From assembly GCA_018669975.1 (NCBI GenBank), contig JABHSK010000005.1, forward strand, positions 121,132 to 185,131: DNA of 64,000 nt, in the 5' to 3' direction. Below are positions 10,283 through 19,269 of this stretch, in pieces; position 1 is the first letter of the stretch; every line of letters starts with the position of its first letter. Source of the stretch: Candidatus Parcubacteria bacterium. Lineage in GTDB: Bacteria > Patescibacteriota > Patescibacteriia > UBA1558 > GWA2-36-10. Made by a program: the position numbers and the translations under genes. The notes under the pieces are model-generated. The model made no database searches. It was not told the DNA's origin and worked only from the letters and a program-made list of their open reading frames with translations.

Positions 10283-10807
10283 ATGTTGAGTTTACATAAC
10301 CTAGAAAAAAATAAAGCATCTACACACCGTAAAAGGAGAGTTGGTCGTGGTGACGCTTCTGGTATGGGAAGTTATTCAACCAGAGGTATTAAGGGTCAAC
10401 GTTCTAGATCAGGTGGTAAATCAGGTTTAGCTGTTAGAAGTATTAAGAGCTACTTACTTCGTATTCCTAAAGTTAGAGGTTTTAAATCTTTGCAGCCAAA
10501 AATGGCAGTAGTTAATTTAGAGGATCTAGAAAAGAATTTTTCTGCTGGTTCTACTGTTAATGCTAGAGCCATGTTACGTGCTGACTTAGTTAGATCTATC
10601 ACTAAAGGTGTTAAAGTGTTGTCACTTGGTAAATTAACCAAAAATCTAAATGTAGAAGCTACCGCTTTTTCTAAAAAAGCTGCAGAAGCTATTGTTAAAG
10701 CTGGCGGTAAGGCTGTGGTAGTTGGTCCAAAAAAAATCGAAAAAGACAAACCAGTCAAAAAAGATGAGGTTAAAGCCAAAGAAGAGGTTAAATCAGAAGA
10801 CAAATAA
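10283..10807 (+). CDS. rplO: 50S ribosomal protein L15
   Basis: RRVGRGDASGMG, GQRSRSG, RIPKVRGF. Confidence 0.98.
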   Translation: MLSLHNLEKNKASTHRKRRVGRGDASGMGSYSTRGIKGQRSRSGGKSGLAVRSIKSYLLRIPKVRGFKSLQPKMAVVNLEDLEKNFSAGSTVNARAMLRADLVRSITKGVKVLSLGKLTKNLNVEATAFSKKAAEAIVKAGGKAVVVGPKKIEKDKPVKKDEVKAKEEVKSEDK

Positions 10808-10819
10808 ATAAATATATAT

Positions 10820-12097
10820 ATGTTGGCCAAATTGCAACAAATATGGAAAGCTAAGGATGTACGAAATAGTATTTTGTATGTCGTAGCTTTATTAGTTGTT
10901 TTTAGGATTGCTGCTCATATTCCTATTCCCGGAATTAATGTTATAGAGTTAAAGCAGTATTTTGAAGGCAATCAAGTTCTAGGCATGCTTAATCTATTTT
11001 CTGGTGGCGCCATGCAGAACTTTTCAGTAGTAATGTTAGGCGTCGGTCCTTATATTACAGCTTCTATTATTTTCCAGTTATTGGTGATGATAGTGCCAAA
11101 ATTAGAGGCATTATCAAAAGAGGGTGACTATGGAAGACAGAAGATAAGTCAATATACTAGATTACTGACCGTACCATTGGCTGCTGTTCAAGGATATTCA
11201 TTTATTAAATTACTATCAAATCAAACTCAGGGTCGTTTATTAGCAGATGTCTCAACTTTTCAGTTGATTACTACTATCCTGGTTATTATAGCTGGAACCA
11301 TGTTCTTGGTCTGGCTAGGTGAATTAATCACCGAAAAAAATATTGGAAATGGTGTATCGTTATTAATTTTTGCTGGTATTGTCAGTGGTCTACCAAGATC
11401 TATTAGTAATACTATGTTATCAGTTGATAACACCATGGTTTTGAACCTAATTATTTTTGCTATAATTGCCCTAGTAACCATCGCAGTTATTGTTTTGATT
11501 ACAGAGGGTACTAGAAATATTCCAGTATCTTATGCTCGGCATATGGTCGGACAAAAAAGTGTGGGTGGAGTTAAAACACACCTGCCACTCAGAGTTAACC
11601 AAGCTGGCGTTATTCCTATCATCTTTGCTATTTCTGTTATTCTGTTTCCACCAATGGTCGCTCAATTTTTTGAAAGATCGGAAGTTGTTTGGATTGCCAC
11701 TTCAGCTGTTTGGGTTAAAGATATTTTTGCAAACCAAATATTTTATGGAGTTTTCTATTTTATAATGGTTGTCTTATTTACATATTTTTATACTTCCGTT
11801 ATTTTCAAACCACAGCAAATTGCTGATAATTTACAGAAGCAAGGTGGTTTTATACCGGGTATTAGACCAGGTAGGCACACAGCTGACTATCTTGGTAGGG
11901 TTGTAAATAGAATAATTTTTGCTGGAGCCATCTTCTTGGGTACTGTAGCTATCTTACCGATAGTGGTAGCACCGATTACTGGAGTAGCTACCATGTCTAT
12001 TGGTGGTACTAGTTTGTTAATCGTTGTAGCAGTAGTAATTGAAACAGTTAAACAGATAGACGCTCAGCTAGTGATGAGAGATTACGAAGGATTTTAA
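10820..12097 (+). CDS. secY: Preprotein translocase subunit SecY
   Basis: LGVGPYITASII, WLGELITEKNIGNGVSLLIF, GGFIPGIRPG, GGTSLLIVV. Confidence 0.99.
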   Translation: MLAKLQQIWKAKDVRNSILYVVALLVVFRIAAHIPIPGINVIELKQYFEGNQVLGMLNLFSGGAMQNFSVVMLGVGPYITASIIFQLLVMIVPKLEALSKEGDYGRQKISQYTRLLTVPLAAVQGYSFIKLLSNQTQGRLLADVSTFQLITTILVIIAGTMFLVWLGELITEKNIGNGVSLLIFAGIVSGLPRSISNTMLSVDNTMVLNLIIFAIIALVTIAVIVLITEGTRNIPVSYARHMVGQKSVGGVKTHLPLRVNQAGVIPIIFAISVILFPPMVAQFFERSEVVWIATSAVWVKDIFANQIFYGVFYFIMVVLFTYFYTSVIFKPQQIADNLQKQGGFIPGIRPGRHTADYLGRVVNRIIFAGAIFLGTVAILPIVVAPITGVATMSIGGTSLLIVVAVVIETVKQIDAQLVMRDYEGF

Positions 12098-12117
12098 ATA
12101 TATTTTTTATAAAAAGT

Positions 12118-12152
12118 ACCCCCAATGACCTAACAGGGGGTTCTTTTATTTT
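12118..12152 (+). terminator. Putative intrinsic terminator after secY
   Basis: accccc...gggggt stem followed by tcttttatttt. Confidence 0.55.
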
Positions 12153-12163
12153 ATTGGGTATTT

Positions 12164-12172
12164 TGTTATAAT
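12164..12172 (+). promoter_or_regulatory. Extended -10 promoter for adk-map operon
   Basis: TGTTATAAT 28 nt upstream of the adk start. Confidence 0.55.
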
Positions 12173-12200
12173 TTTATTAGTGGTTAATTAATCAAAAAAT

Positions 12201-12848
12201 ATGCCAGGAGGTATTAAGAGAGCAGTATTATTAGGCCCACAGGGCTCAGGAAAAAGCACCCAAAGTAGAATGATTGCGGAGGCTTTAGGCGTAGATGTTA
12301 TTTCAGCTAGCCGTATTTTAAAAGATATAGTCCAAAGAGAAACAGATATGGGCAAGAGGATTAAGAAGCTGATGGATGGGGGTTCAATGATTCCAGACAC
12401 CCATATGATCAATTTGATGTTAGAAGAATTAAGGGCGCCAGTCTGCCGAAGTGGTTTTTTGCTAGATGGTTTTCCTAGAAATATAGTGCAAGCTCACGCA
12501 CTCGAAGAGAGTTGTGGGGTAGAAAAAGTTTTTAGTATTGAGATTTCAGATGAAGAAGCTATTAAAAGAATGAAGGGTCGACGCATTTGTAATAATAGAC
12601 ATGTTTTTCATGTAGATTTCAAACCACCCCAAAAAGAAGGCGTGTGTGATATTTGCCAACTTCCTTTACATCAAAGGGAGGATGATAAGCCAGAAGCAGT
12701 GCGTAAGAGATTGGCTAACTATCATCAGGACACAGAAAAGCTGTTACAGTATTATGAAAAGCAAAATAAGCTAGTCGTTTTTGATGGGGAGCAACCCATT
12801 GAAGATGTGTCAAATACTATTTTAGATTATTTAAAGAATAATGCTTAG
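12201..12848 (+). CDS. adk: Adenylate kinase
   Basis: P-loop GPQGSGKSTQ, GFLLDGFPR, LID with CDIC, QREDD; follows secY. Confidence 0.96.
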   Translation: MPGGIKRAVLLGPQGSGKSTQSRMIAEALGVDVISASRILKDIVQRETDMGKRIKKLMDGGSMIPDTHMINLMLEELRAPVCRSGFLLDGFPRNIVQAHALEESCGVEKVFSIEISDEEAIKRMKGRRICNNRHVFHVDFKPPQKEGVCDICQLPLHQREDDKPEAVRKRLANYHQDTEKLLQYYEKQNKLVVFDGEQPIEDVSNTILDYLKNNA

Positions 12849-13587
12849 TCGAAAAACACCAAAAGATATTAAAATTTTAAGAGAGGGCGGTAAGTTGTTA
12901 GGTAGTATATTGAGGCAGTTGGCAGGTGAGGTTAAACCTGGGGTTACTGGTCAGGAGCTTAACAAGTTGGCTGAAGAGCTGATTAAAAAAGCCGGAGGCA
13001 CACCTTCTTTTAAGAATTACCGTGGCTTTCCATGTGGTCTTTGTGTTTCGGTTAATCAGACAGTAGTTCATGGCGTTCCTAATGATCAGCCTTTTAGAGA
13101 GGGAGATCTAGTTGGCCTAGACATTGGTATGAAGTACAAGAATCTACATACCGACACAGCTACCACTGTAGCTATTGGTAAATTAGATAAGAAAGTTCAA
13201 CAATTTTTGGATAGAACTAAGCAGGCATTGGAAATTGGCATACAAGAAGTTGGTCCAGACAAACATATTGGTGATATTGGTAAAGCCATAGAAAAATTTA
13301 TTAAGCCCTTTGGCTATGGCATAGTTAGGGATTTAGCTGGTCATGGAGTAGGTTATGATGTGCATGAGGATCCAATAGTGCCGAATTATAATCCTGGCTC
13401 TAAGATGGATAAAATGTTTCCTGGTATGGTTATTGCCATTGAACCAATGATAATTATTGGCGGTAGTCATAGTGTGGTTGTTGGAAAGAATAAATGGGAT
13501 ATAAAAGCCCAAGATGAAAGTCTAACAGCTCATTTTGAACACACTGTAGCAGTTACTGAAGATGGTTATTTAATAATTACTGAATAA
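12841..13587 (+). CDS. map: Methionine aminopeptidase type I
   Basis: CVSVNQTVVHGVP, DIG, GHGVG..VHEDP, AIEPM, AHFEHT. Confidence 0.98.
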   Translation: MLSRKTPKDIKILREGGKLLGSILRQLAGEVKPGVTGQELNKLAEELIKKAGGTPSFKNYRGFPCGLCVSVNQTVVHGVPNDQPFREGDLVGLDIGMKYKNLHTDTATTVAIGKLDKKVQQFLDRTKQALEIGIQEVGPDKHIGDIGKAIEKFIKPFGYGIVRDLAGHGVGYDVHEDPIVPNYNPGSKMDKMFPGMVIAIEPMIIIGGSHSVVVGKNKWDIKAQDESLTAHFEHTVAVTEDGYLIITE

Positions 13588-13588
13588 T

Positions 13589-13984
13589 ATGGATAGGCCA
13601 AAGAGATTATTGGGGGTAGATTATGGAGATAAAAGAGTTGGAATAGCTCTGGCAGATATGGGTAGCATTGCTTTACCTTATAAAATTTTAGACAATAAGG
13701 GTAAACGGCCATTATTGGATGATTTGAACAATATTATTGAACAAGAGCTGGTTGATATCGTAGTGGTGGGGTTACCACATAGTTTGTCAGGCCAGAGTAA
13801 TGAGCGTTTGGAAGTAACTAAAAATTTTGTAGATTTCTTGTCCCAGAGTTTATCACTGCCAGTGCAAACAGTAGATGAACAAATGACCTCTAAAATGTTT
13901 AGTAAAATGGGAATAAACAAAAATATAGATAAGCATTCAGCTGCAGCTATATTAGATACTTTTATATCTCAAAATAATGCCTGA
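13589..13984 (+). CDS. ruvX: YqgF/RuvX pre-16S rRNA maturation nuclease
   Basis: LLGVDYGDKRVGIA, VVGLP, VDEQMTS, IDKHSAAAIL. Confidence 0.93.
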   Translation: MDRPKRLLGVDYGDKRVGIALADMGSIALPYKILDNKGKRPLLDDLNNIIEQELVDIVVVGLPHSLSGQSNERLEVTKNFVDFLSQSLSLPVQTVDEQMTSKMFSKMGINKNIDKHSAAAILDTFISQNNA

Positions 13985-15044
13985 TTATATAAAATTTATT
14001 TTAGTTTTTCTGATAGCTTTTGTCCTGTCTTTTGTGTTTACCAAGTTTATTATTTGGCTGGCTCATAGGCAGGGTATTTTAGATCATCCAGGTGCAGATA
14101 GAAAGATACATACTAAACCAGTGCCTTTATTAGGGGGTATAGCAGTCTATGCTTCTTTTTTTATTACCATCTTTATTTTGTGGCAGAGTCATCAGCTAAC
14201 AGACGAGCGGATTAGCTTGTCTATGCTAGCTTGGTTTTTATTAGCAGGGTTGGTATTGATTATCAACGGTGCTTTGGATGATAAATATTCACTGCCAGCT
14301 CAGGTGACTGTTTGGGGTCCTGTTTTAGCCTCCTTGATTATTATATTCGCTGGATTAAAGATAAGCTATATTACCCATCCAGAGGGTGGAGTTTTGCAAC
14401 TGGATAGCTTATTTTCTTCGTTGTCTGGTATGGCTGATTTTATTCCTATGCTACTCACCTTTGTTTGGTTGATGGGTATTACCTATACTACTAAATTATT
14501 GGATGGCATAGATGGGCTAACTTCTAGCATCGGATTGGTAGCTAGTGTGGTTATTTTTGTGGTCAGTCTTTCGTGGGATATACAAGGTTCTACTACATCG
14601 TTATTAGCGTTAGTTTTAGCCGGAGCAATTTTTGGTTTTTTATTGTTGAATTGGCATCCAGCTAAAGTTTTTCTAGGAGAGGGTGGTAGTACCTTTATTG
14701 GTTTTTCCCTAGGTGTTCTGTCGATTATATCGGGTAGTAAAATAGCCACAGCTTTATTAGTTATGGGTTTGCCAGTATTGGATATTATTTGGGTCATAAT
14801 AAGGCGTTTAAGGCAAAAAAAGGCCTTTTGGAGGGCTGATAAGCAACATTTGCACTTTAGACTGCTTTCAGCTGGATTATCACAAAAACAGGTCGTTATT
14901 TTCCTTAGTACAATTAGTTTATGTTTTGGTGTTATTTCTATACTATTTACTACCAAGGCTAAAATTGGTGCCCTGATTATCCTATTGGTTTTGATGTTGC
15001 TGTTGAGTAGTTGGTTGAATTATCGTTTAAAGCAAAAAAAATGA
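13977..15044 (+). CDS. WecA/TagO-type undecaprenyl-phosphate GlcNAc-1-P transferase (PNPT superfamily)
   Basis: RKIHTKPVPLLGG, GALDDK, LDGIDGL, NWHPAKVFLGEGG, DKQHLHFRLL; multi-TM. Confidence 0.88.
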   Translation: MPDYIKFILVFLIAFVLSFVFTKFIIWLAHRQGILDHPGADRKIHTKPVPLLGGIAVYASFFITIFILWQSHQLTDERISLSMLAWFLLAGLVLIINGALDDKYSLPAQVTVWGPVLASLIIIFAGLKISYITHPEGGVLQLDSLFSSLSGMADFIPMLLTFVWLMGITYTTKLLDGIDGLTSSIGLVASVVIFVVSLSWDIQGSTTSLLALVLAGAIFGFLLLNWHPAKVFLGEGGSTFIGFSLGVLSIISGSKIATALLVMGLPVLDIIWVIIRRLRQKKAFWRADKQHLHFRLLSAGLSQKQVVIFLSTISLCFGVISILFTTKAKIGALIILLVLMLLLSSWLNYRLKQKK

Positions 15045-15541
15045 GTATACCTAAAATAACTATCATTATTGTATCTGTAATTTTAGTACTTGCAGCTGTC
15101 TATTTTTGGCATACTCCAATAAAAATAGAAGAAGCCATTTGGCAACCAAATGTTACCATTAATGAACATAATTTTATTGTTGAGGTGTTATACTCAGATG
15201 AAGAAAAAAGGCAGGGCTTGGCAAATGAAGATTTTTTGTTAGAAGATAATGGTATATTGTTTTTATTCGACATAAAGAAGGTGCGCACTTTTTGGATGAA
15301 GGATATGAAATTTAACATTGATTTACTTTGGATAGATGATCAAGAGATAGTAGGTATTGAAAAATTGATGTTAGCACCCGAGTCAGATATTTTGTATAAG
15401 GATTTAATAAAATATGATTCACCGAAATTAATAAATAAGGTTTTAGAATTTCCAGCGGGCACAGTAGATAAGTATTCCATACAAGTTGGGGACACAATTA
15501 ATTTTGATATATATGACAGAAACAAAATGGAAGGAAATTAA
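15041..15541 (+). CDS. DUF192 family membrane-anchored protein
   Basis: N-terminal TM; GLA...GILF.F...FWMKDMKFNIDLLWID...VLEFPAG. Confidence 0.88.
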   Translation: MSIPKITIIIVSVILVLAAVYFWHTPIKIEEAIWQPNVTINEHNFIVEVLYSDEEKRQGLANEDFLLEDNGILFLFDIKKVRTFWMKDMKFNIDLLWIDDQEIVGIEKLMLAPESDILYKDLIKYDSPKLINKVLEFPAGTVDKYSIQVGDTINFDIYDRNKMEGN

Positions 15542-15830
15542 ACAACAGCTTCGAGATAATTTTGAGATAGAAGATGAGTATGAAGAGGATTTTAATCCAG
15601 GCGTATCAGAAGCGTTAGAATTTACTGGACCACAAGGCAAGATGAAGGTTAGGTTTGTTGTTAAGCCGAGGATGTTGGATAAAAAAACAGAATATTCCAA
15701 CAGAGCTGGTTCTAATGTTAAAGTAGAGTATGTCTATTCAGAGGACGAGTTTGTATCATACTTGGAGGCTTTTACTTGGTCTGATGCTAGCAATGATTGG
15801 CAGAAAATAGAGTCAGAGGCTTTATTTTAG
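15513..15830 (+). CDS. Hypothetical protein (acidic, soluble)
   Basis: ORF in operon; ATG at 15513 (MTETKWKEIK). Confidence 0.7.
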   Translation: MTETKWKEIKQQLRDNFEIEDEYEEDFNPGVSEALEFTGPQGKMKVRFVVKPRMLDKKTEYSNRAGSNVKVEYVYSEDEFVSYLEAFTWSDASNDWQKIESEALF

Positions 15831-15858
15831 GGTTGTTTACGGGTATAATATAACGGAT

Positions 15859-16293
15859 ATGAAATTAAACAGACAAAATAAGATTATTTTATCTATGCTT
15901 GGTTTTTTGGTGTTAGGAACCATAAGTGTTTCTTTAACGCATCAAAATAATAGGTCCATAGTAGAATATCAATCGGAGACTGAAATTATTGAGTTAATTG
16001 GTTATTCAGAATATATACAGCAGATTAGACCGTGGTTACAAACAGCTTTGAGTGACCAATCTGCAGAAACGATTAGTCGAGTTAGATCAAATCTGCTTAA
16101 CGTTAAAAGTTCTGAAAAAGAATTGGGGCCAGTTCATATGAATTTATTTTTAGCTTTTGAGTCTTGGGAGAATTTTTTGCACACTCAGCAAGAAAGTTAT
16201 AGGGCACAGGCGTCTGAGCAATTAGCTTTGGCGGCAAATTTATCCCCAGAGTTATCGGAGGATATTCAGCAATTAAAAAAGATTTTAAATTAA
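15859..16293 (+). CDS. Hypothetical membrane-anchored helical protein
   Basis: N-terminal hydrophobic segment; TATAAT immediately upstream. Confidence 0.65.
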   Translation: MKLNRQNKIILSMLGFLVLGTISVSLTHQNNRSIVEYQSETEIIELIGYSEYIQQIRPWLQTALSDQSAETISRVRSNLLNVKSSEKELGPVHMNLFLAFESWENFLHTQQESYRAQASEQLALAANLSPELSEDIQQLKKILN

Positions 16294-17016
16294 ATGTTTA
16301 GTTATTTAATACCATTTGTGAATCCATTGGTGATTTTGACAGGACTATTGTTGTTTTTTTATAATCAAGAAGGTATTTTTTGGTTGTTGGGCGTGTCTTT
16401 GTTGACTATCTTATTGAGTGGTAGGATAGTTTCCAAAAAACTTTTTTGGCGCCATAAATTATTGTGGGTAAATTTAATAACCGCCTATGTTTCACAGTTG
16501 TTATTTTTATTAGTGCTTACTTCTGGTAATATTAGATATTTACTAGCCTTTGCATTGAGTATTATTTGGGGAGTTATTTGGTGGTTGCTAGGGATATATT
16601 TTAAACGCATAGAAAACATCAACAGTAAAGAATATTTATCTTACAATATATTTTTTTATACGCTGTCTTTTTGGTTTTTATCATCCAGCCTTTATGCCTT
16701 GATTGTATTTTTAAACTGGCCAGTGGTGCTTACTTTACTGGTTTTATTGATTGTTGTTTTTTTATGGACTAAAGAGATATTTGATCAAACAGATGATGTT
16801 GGTCGACTGTATGTATTTTTTGCCATGTTTATCTTGGCACAATTAGTAGTGGTATTGTATTTTTTGCCTGCTAGTTTCTATATCGCAGGTGCTATTGCAA
16901 GTTTATGGTTTTTCTTTATAATAGATAGTACTATCAACAAGAGCAGAGATTTTAGGCTCTATTTAAGCTTATTCCTGGCTAGTTTTGCAGTATTAATAGC
17001 TATAGCCATTATTTAG
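16294..17016 (+). CDS. Hypothetical polytopic membrane protein
   Basis: About 8 hydrophobic segments; abuts the upstream stop codon. Confidence 0.7.
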   Translation: MFSYLIPFVNPLVILTGLLLFFYNQEGIFWLLGVSLLTILLSGRIVSKKLFWRHKLLWVNLITAYVSQLLFLLVLTSGNIRYLLAFALSIIWGVIWWLLGIYFKRIENINSKEYLSYNIFFYTLSFWFLSSSLYALIVFLNWPVVLTLLVLLIVVFLWTKEIFDQTDDVGRLYVFFAMFILAQLVVVLYFLPASFYIAGAIASLWFFFIIDSTINKSRDFRLYLSLFLASFAVLIAIAII

Positions 17017-17023
17017 TAATTTT

Positions 17024-18115
17024 ATGGAAAGAAAAAAACATTTTGAGCGGCCTACTATGAAAAGGCCACCGTCAATGGTCAATTTGACCATATTGACCAT
17101 ATTAATAGGCGTACTAGCTGGTTTTTCCGGTTATCTACTAGCTCGGCAGGTTTTTCCTGTTTCAGGTATTGATTACTTTAACTTGGTTGACAGTAGAAAA
17201 GAAATCAAGATAGATTTGGAGCAACCGCTGACTAATGTGGCTGACAAATATCAAAAGAGTGTAGCGGGAGTTTATAAGTCAGTTAAATCTTTGCCGGCAG
17301 TGGGTCAACCACTTTTCTCTGAAGAAGATTTCCTGGGTTCAGCCGTAGTAGTAACTTCAGATGGTTGGTTGATGACTACTAATCAAGTTTTAAAGAATGA
17401 TTCAGTGGTAGTTATCTTGGGAGATAAGGTCTATGAAATATTAGAAATTAGTCAGGATGAATTTTCTGGAGCTGTATTTTTTAAGATTGATTCTAATTCT
17501 TTGCAGCCAGTTGATTTTCAGATGACGGACGATATTAAGGTAGGCGAGAGATTGTTTACCAACGTTGATTTGGCTAGGAGCTTAGATCATGTTTTTTATA
17601 CAAATTTTTTAATTAACACTCATTACGTCACTGATCAATATTTATCCAGCGATCAAGTTGATTATTATTTACAAATAGATAATAAGTTAACAGATGTTAA
17701 TTTATTAGCAGCACCATACTTTAATATTAACGGTGATTTAGTAGGCGTTGTTTATGACTATGATGGTCAGGTAGTATTATTACCAGCAGAGTATCTTAAA
17801 CAAGCTGTTAAGCACCTCTTAGCTGGCACTGAAAGATTTTCTTTAGGTGTTAGATATGTAGATATGGAAAACAACAGTGGTTTTATCCGTAAGGGTAATT
17901 TAATTTATCACCCTACTTTGAAAGCCATCGCTATTAATTCTTCAGCTTTGGATGCCGGGCTTAAAACGGGTGATCAGGTAGTCGCTGTTAATAATGATGT
18001 TATATCGGCTGATCGAACATTAACCTCTATTTTGCAAAATTATCGCTCAGGCGATAAAATTATTATGAAGATATTACGTAATGATATTGAACGGGATTTA
18101 GAAATTAAATTATAA
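17024..18115 (+). CDS. HtrA/DegP-like trypsin-fold plus PDZ protein, catalytic residues apparently lost
   Basis: N-terminal TM; GSAVVVTSDGWLMTTNQV; NINGDLVGV; PDZ-like SALDAGLKTGDQVVAVN. Confidence 0.8.
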   Translation: MERKKHFERPTMKRPPSMVNLTILTILIGVLAGFSGYLLARQVFPVSGIDYFNLVDSRKEIKIDLEQPLTNVADKYQKSVAGVYKSVKSLPAVGQPLFSEEDFLGSAVVVTSDGWLMTTNQVLKNDSVVVILGDKVYEILEISQDEFSGAVFFKIDSNSLQPVDFQMTDDIKVGERLFTNVDLARSLDHVFYTNFLINTHYVTDQYLSSDQVDYYLQIDNKLTDVNLLAAPYFNINGDLVGVVYDYDGQVVLLPAEYLKQAVKHLLAGTERFSLGVRYVDMENNSGFIRKGNLIYHPTLKAIAINSSALDAGLKTGDQVVAVNNDVISADRTLTSILQNYRSGDKIIMKILRNDIERDLEIKL

Positions 18116-18121
18116 AGATAT

Positions 18122-18150
18122 AAAAAATCAGCTCTAGGAGCTGATTTTTT
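18122..18150. terminator. Bidirectional terminator between convergent genes
   Basis: aaaaaatcagctc-tag-gagctgatttttt. Confidence 0.7.
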
Positions 18151-18478
18151 GTTCGTTTTGATCCAGGTTGCTCTCCCTGTCTTCGTTATTCACCTTGTCT
18201 TTTTTATTTTGCAGTGCCAATTTTGGATTGGGGCTGTATTTTTTATTACTTATTTTCCATTTGTCTACGTATTGTCCCATACCTTGATCTTTTAATAAGT
18301 TGGATCTTCTAGTAGATTTCTGGGACCATTCCACTAAAGAAATAAAACTAATCTTATAGCGTCCATTAACCACTATATAGCGTAGTTCTTCACTTTTGAT
18401 GGCTTGGCGGATAGTTTTGGTAGAAACACCAAATAACCTGGCTGCCTCGGAAACTGATATGCGTATTATATTTTCCAT
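18134..18478 (-). CDS. Helix-turn-helix DNA-binding protein (HTH_17/excisionase-like)
   Basis: ISVSEAARLFGVSTKTIRQAIKSEEL...GRYKI. Confidence 0.8.
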   Translation of the reverse strand: MENIIRISVSEAARLFGVSTKTIRQAIKSEELRYIVVNGRYKISFISLVEWSQKSTRRSNLLKDQGMGQYVDKWKISNKKYSPNPKLALQNKKDKVNNEDRESNLDQNEQKISS

Positions 18479-18485
18479 ATAATTA

Positions 18486-18543
18486 TTGACATTTAATGGG
18501 GCTCATGTTAAATTGACTCGTTATTTCGCACGTTTAAACCCTA
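18486..18543 (+). promoter_or_regulatory. Sigma70-type promoter plus shared leader motif
   Basis: TTGACA-17-TAAATT with upstream TG; then tcgcacgtttaaacccta. Confidence 0.7.
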
Positions 18544-18570
18544 TAAACATTCTAAAGAGAGGAGACTTAA

Positions 18571-19230
18571 ATGTCAACCGAAAGTCCCAAAGTTCGTACA
18601 GCAGCAGACGTCGATTTACGGGTTGAGGAAATACTAGAAAAGGTAGAAACCGAACTTCAATATTGGGAGATTATCGAAAGTATTGGTGGTTTTGTCTGGC
18701 GCATGAATCATGACATGGGTCATGGTCGAATCGAGGATAAGGATGGCCAGGTTTCTGGTGACGTAGCTTTTATGCAACGAGTTATCGAAAAGCTGGTCAC
18801 TGGACTGTTTGAGAAGTATGGTGTTATCCATCCCAAGAATTGTCCAAAAGTTGAATTTGGTGAGACGCCGCCAGCAGCTCCCGAGGGCACGACCTACTAT
18901 TGGGATTGGTATGATCTTATGAAGCAGGAATCCTATAGTCAGGAATATAATGGCATGATTTGTGCCGCTTGTCCCTATAGTAAGGGTCTAGATTATTTCA
19001 AGGCTCTTGGTGGGAATATTCCCTGTGGCCTTTTTCCTGGCTCTTGCTTTCGTCTGCGCACTCCCTTTGCTTGTTGTATGATAGGTGAAGATCGCAGGTT
19101 CGAGTATACCATGGAGGAGTTTCTGGATAAGTTGCAAGCCGAACATGAACCGGCTGTATTAGCAGCTTTTACTGCTCATCACCTGAAATTGCAAGATCGC
19201 TTCGCTCAAAATCAACAGCAAAAGGGATAA
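18571..19230 (+). CDS. Hypothetical protein with Cys-rich C-terminal half
   Basis: 219-aa ORF, SD gagaggag; CAACP, CGLFPGSC, CC. Confidence 0.75.
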   Translation: MSTESPKVRTAADVDLRVEEILEKVETELQYWEIIESIGGFVWRMNHDMGHGRIEDKDGQVSGDVAFMQRVIEKLVTGLFEKYGVIHPKNCPKVEFGETPPAAPEGTTYYWDWYDLMKQESYSQEYNGMICAACPYSKGLDYFKALGGNIPCGLFPGSCFRLRTPFACCMIGEDRRFEYTMEEFLDKLQAEHEPAVLAAFTAHHLKLQDRFAQNQQQKG

Positions 19231-19269
19231 CCTCTTAAAACAATCCAATTCTCTAGAGAGGAGAAGATC

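Noticed and set aside
18526-18543. tcgcacg as a sigma-54 -24 element
   Set aside because: Lacks the invariant GG and has no TTGC at -12; it sits downstream of a good sigma70 promoter.
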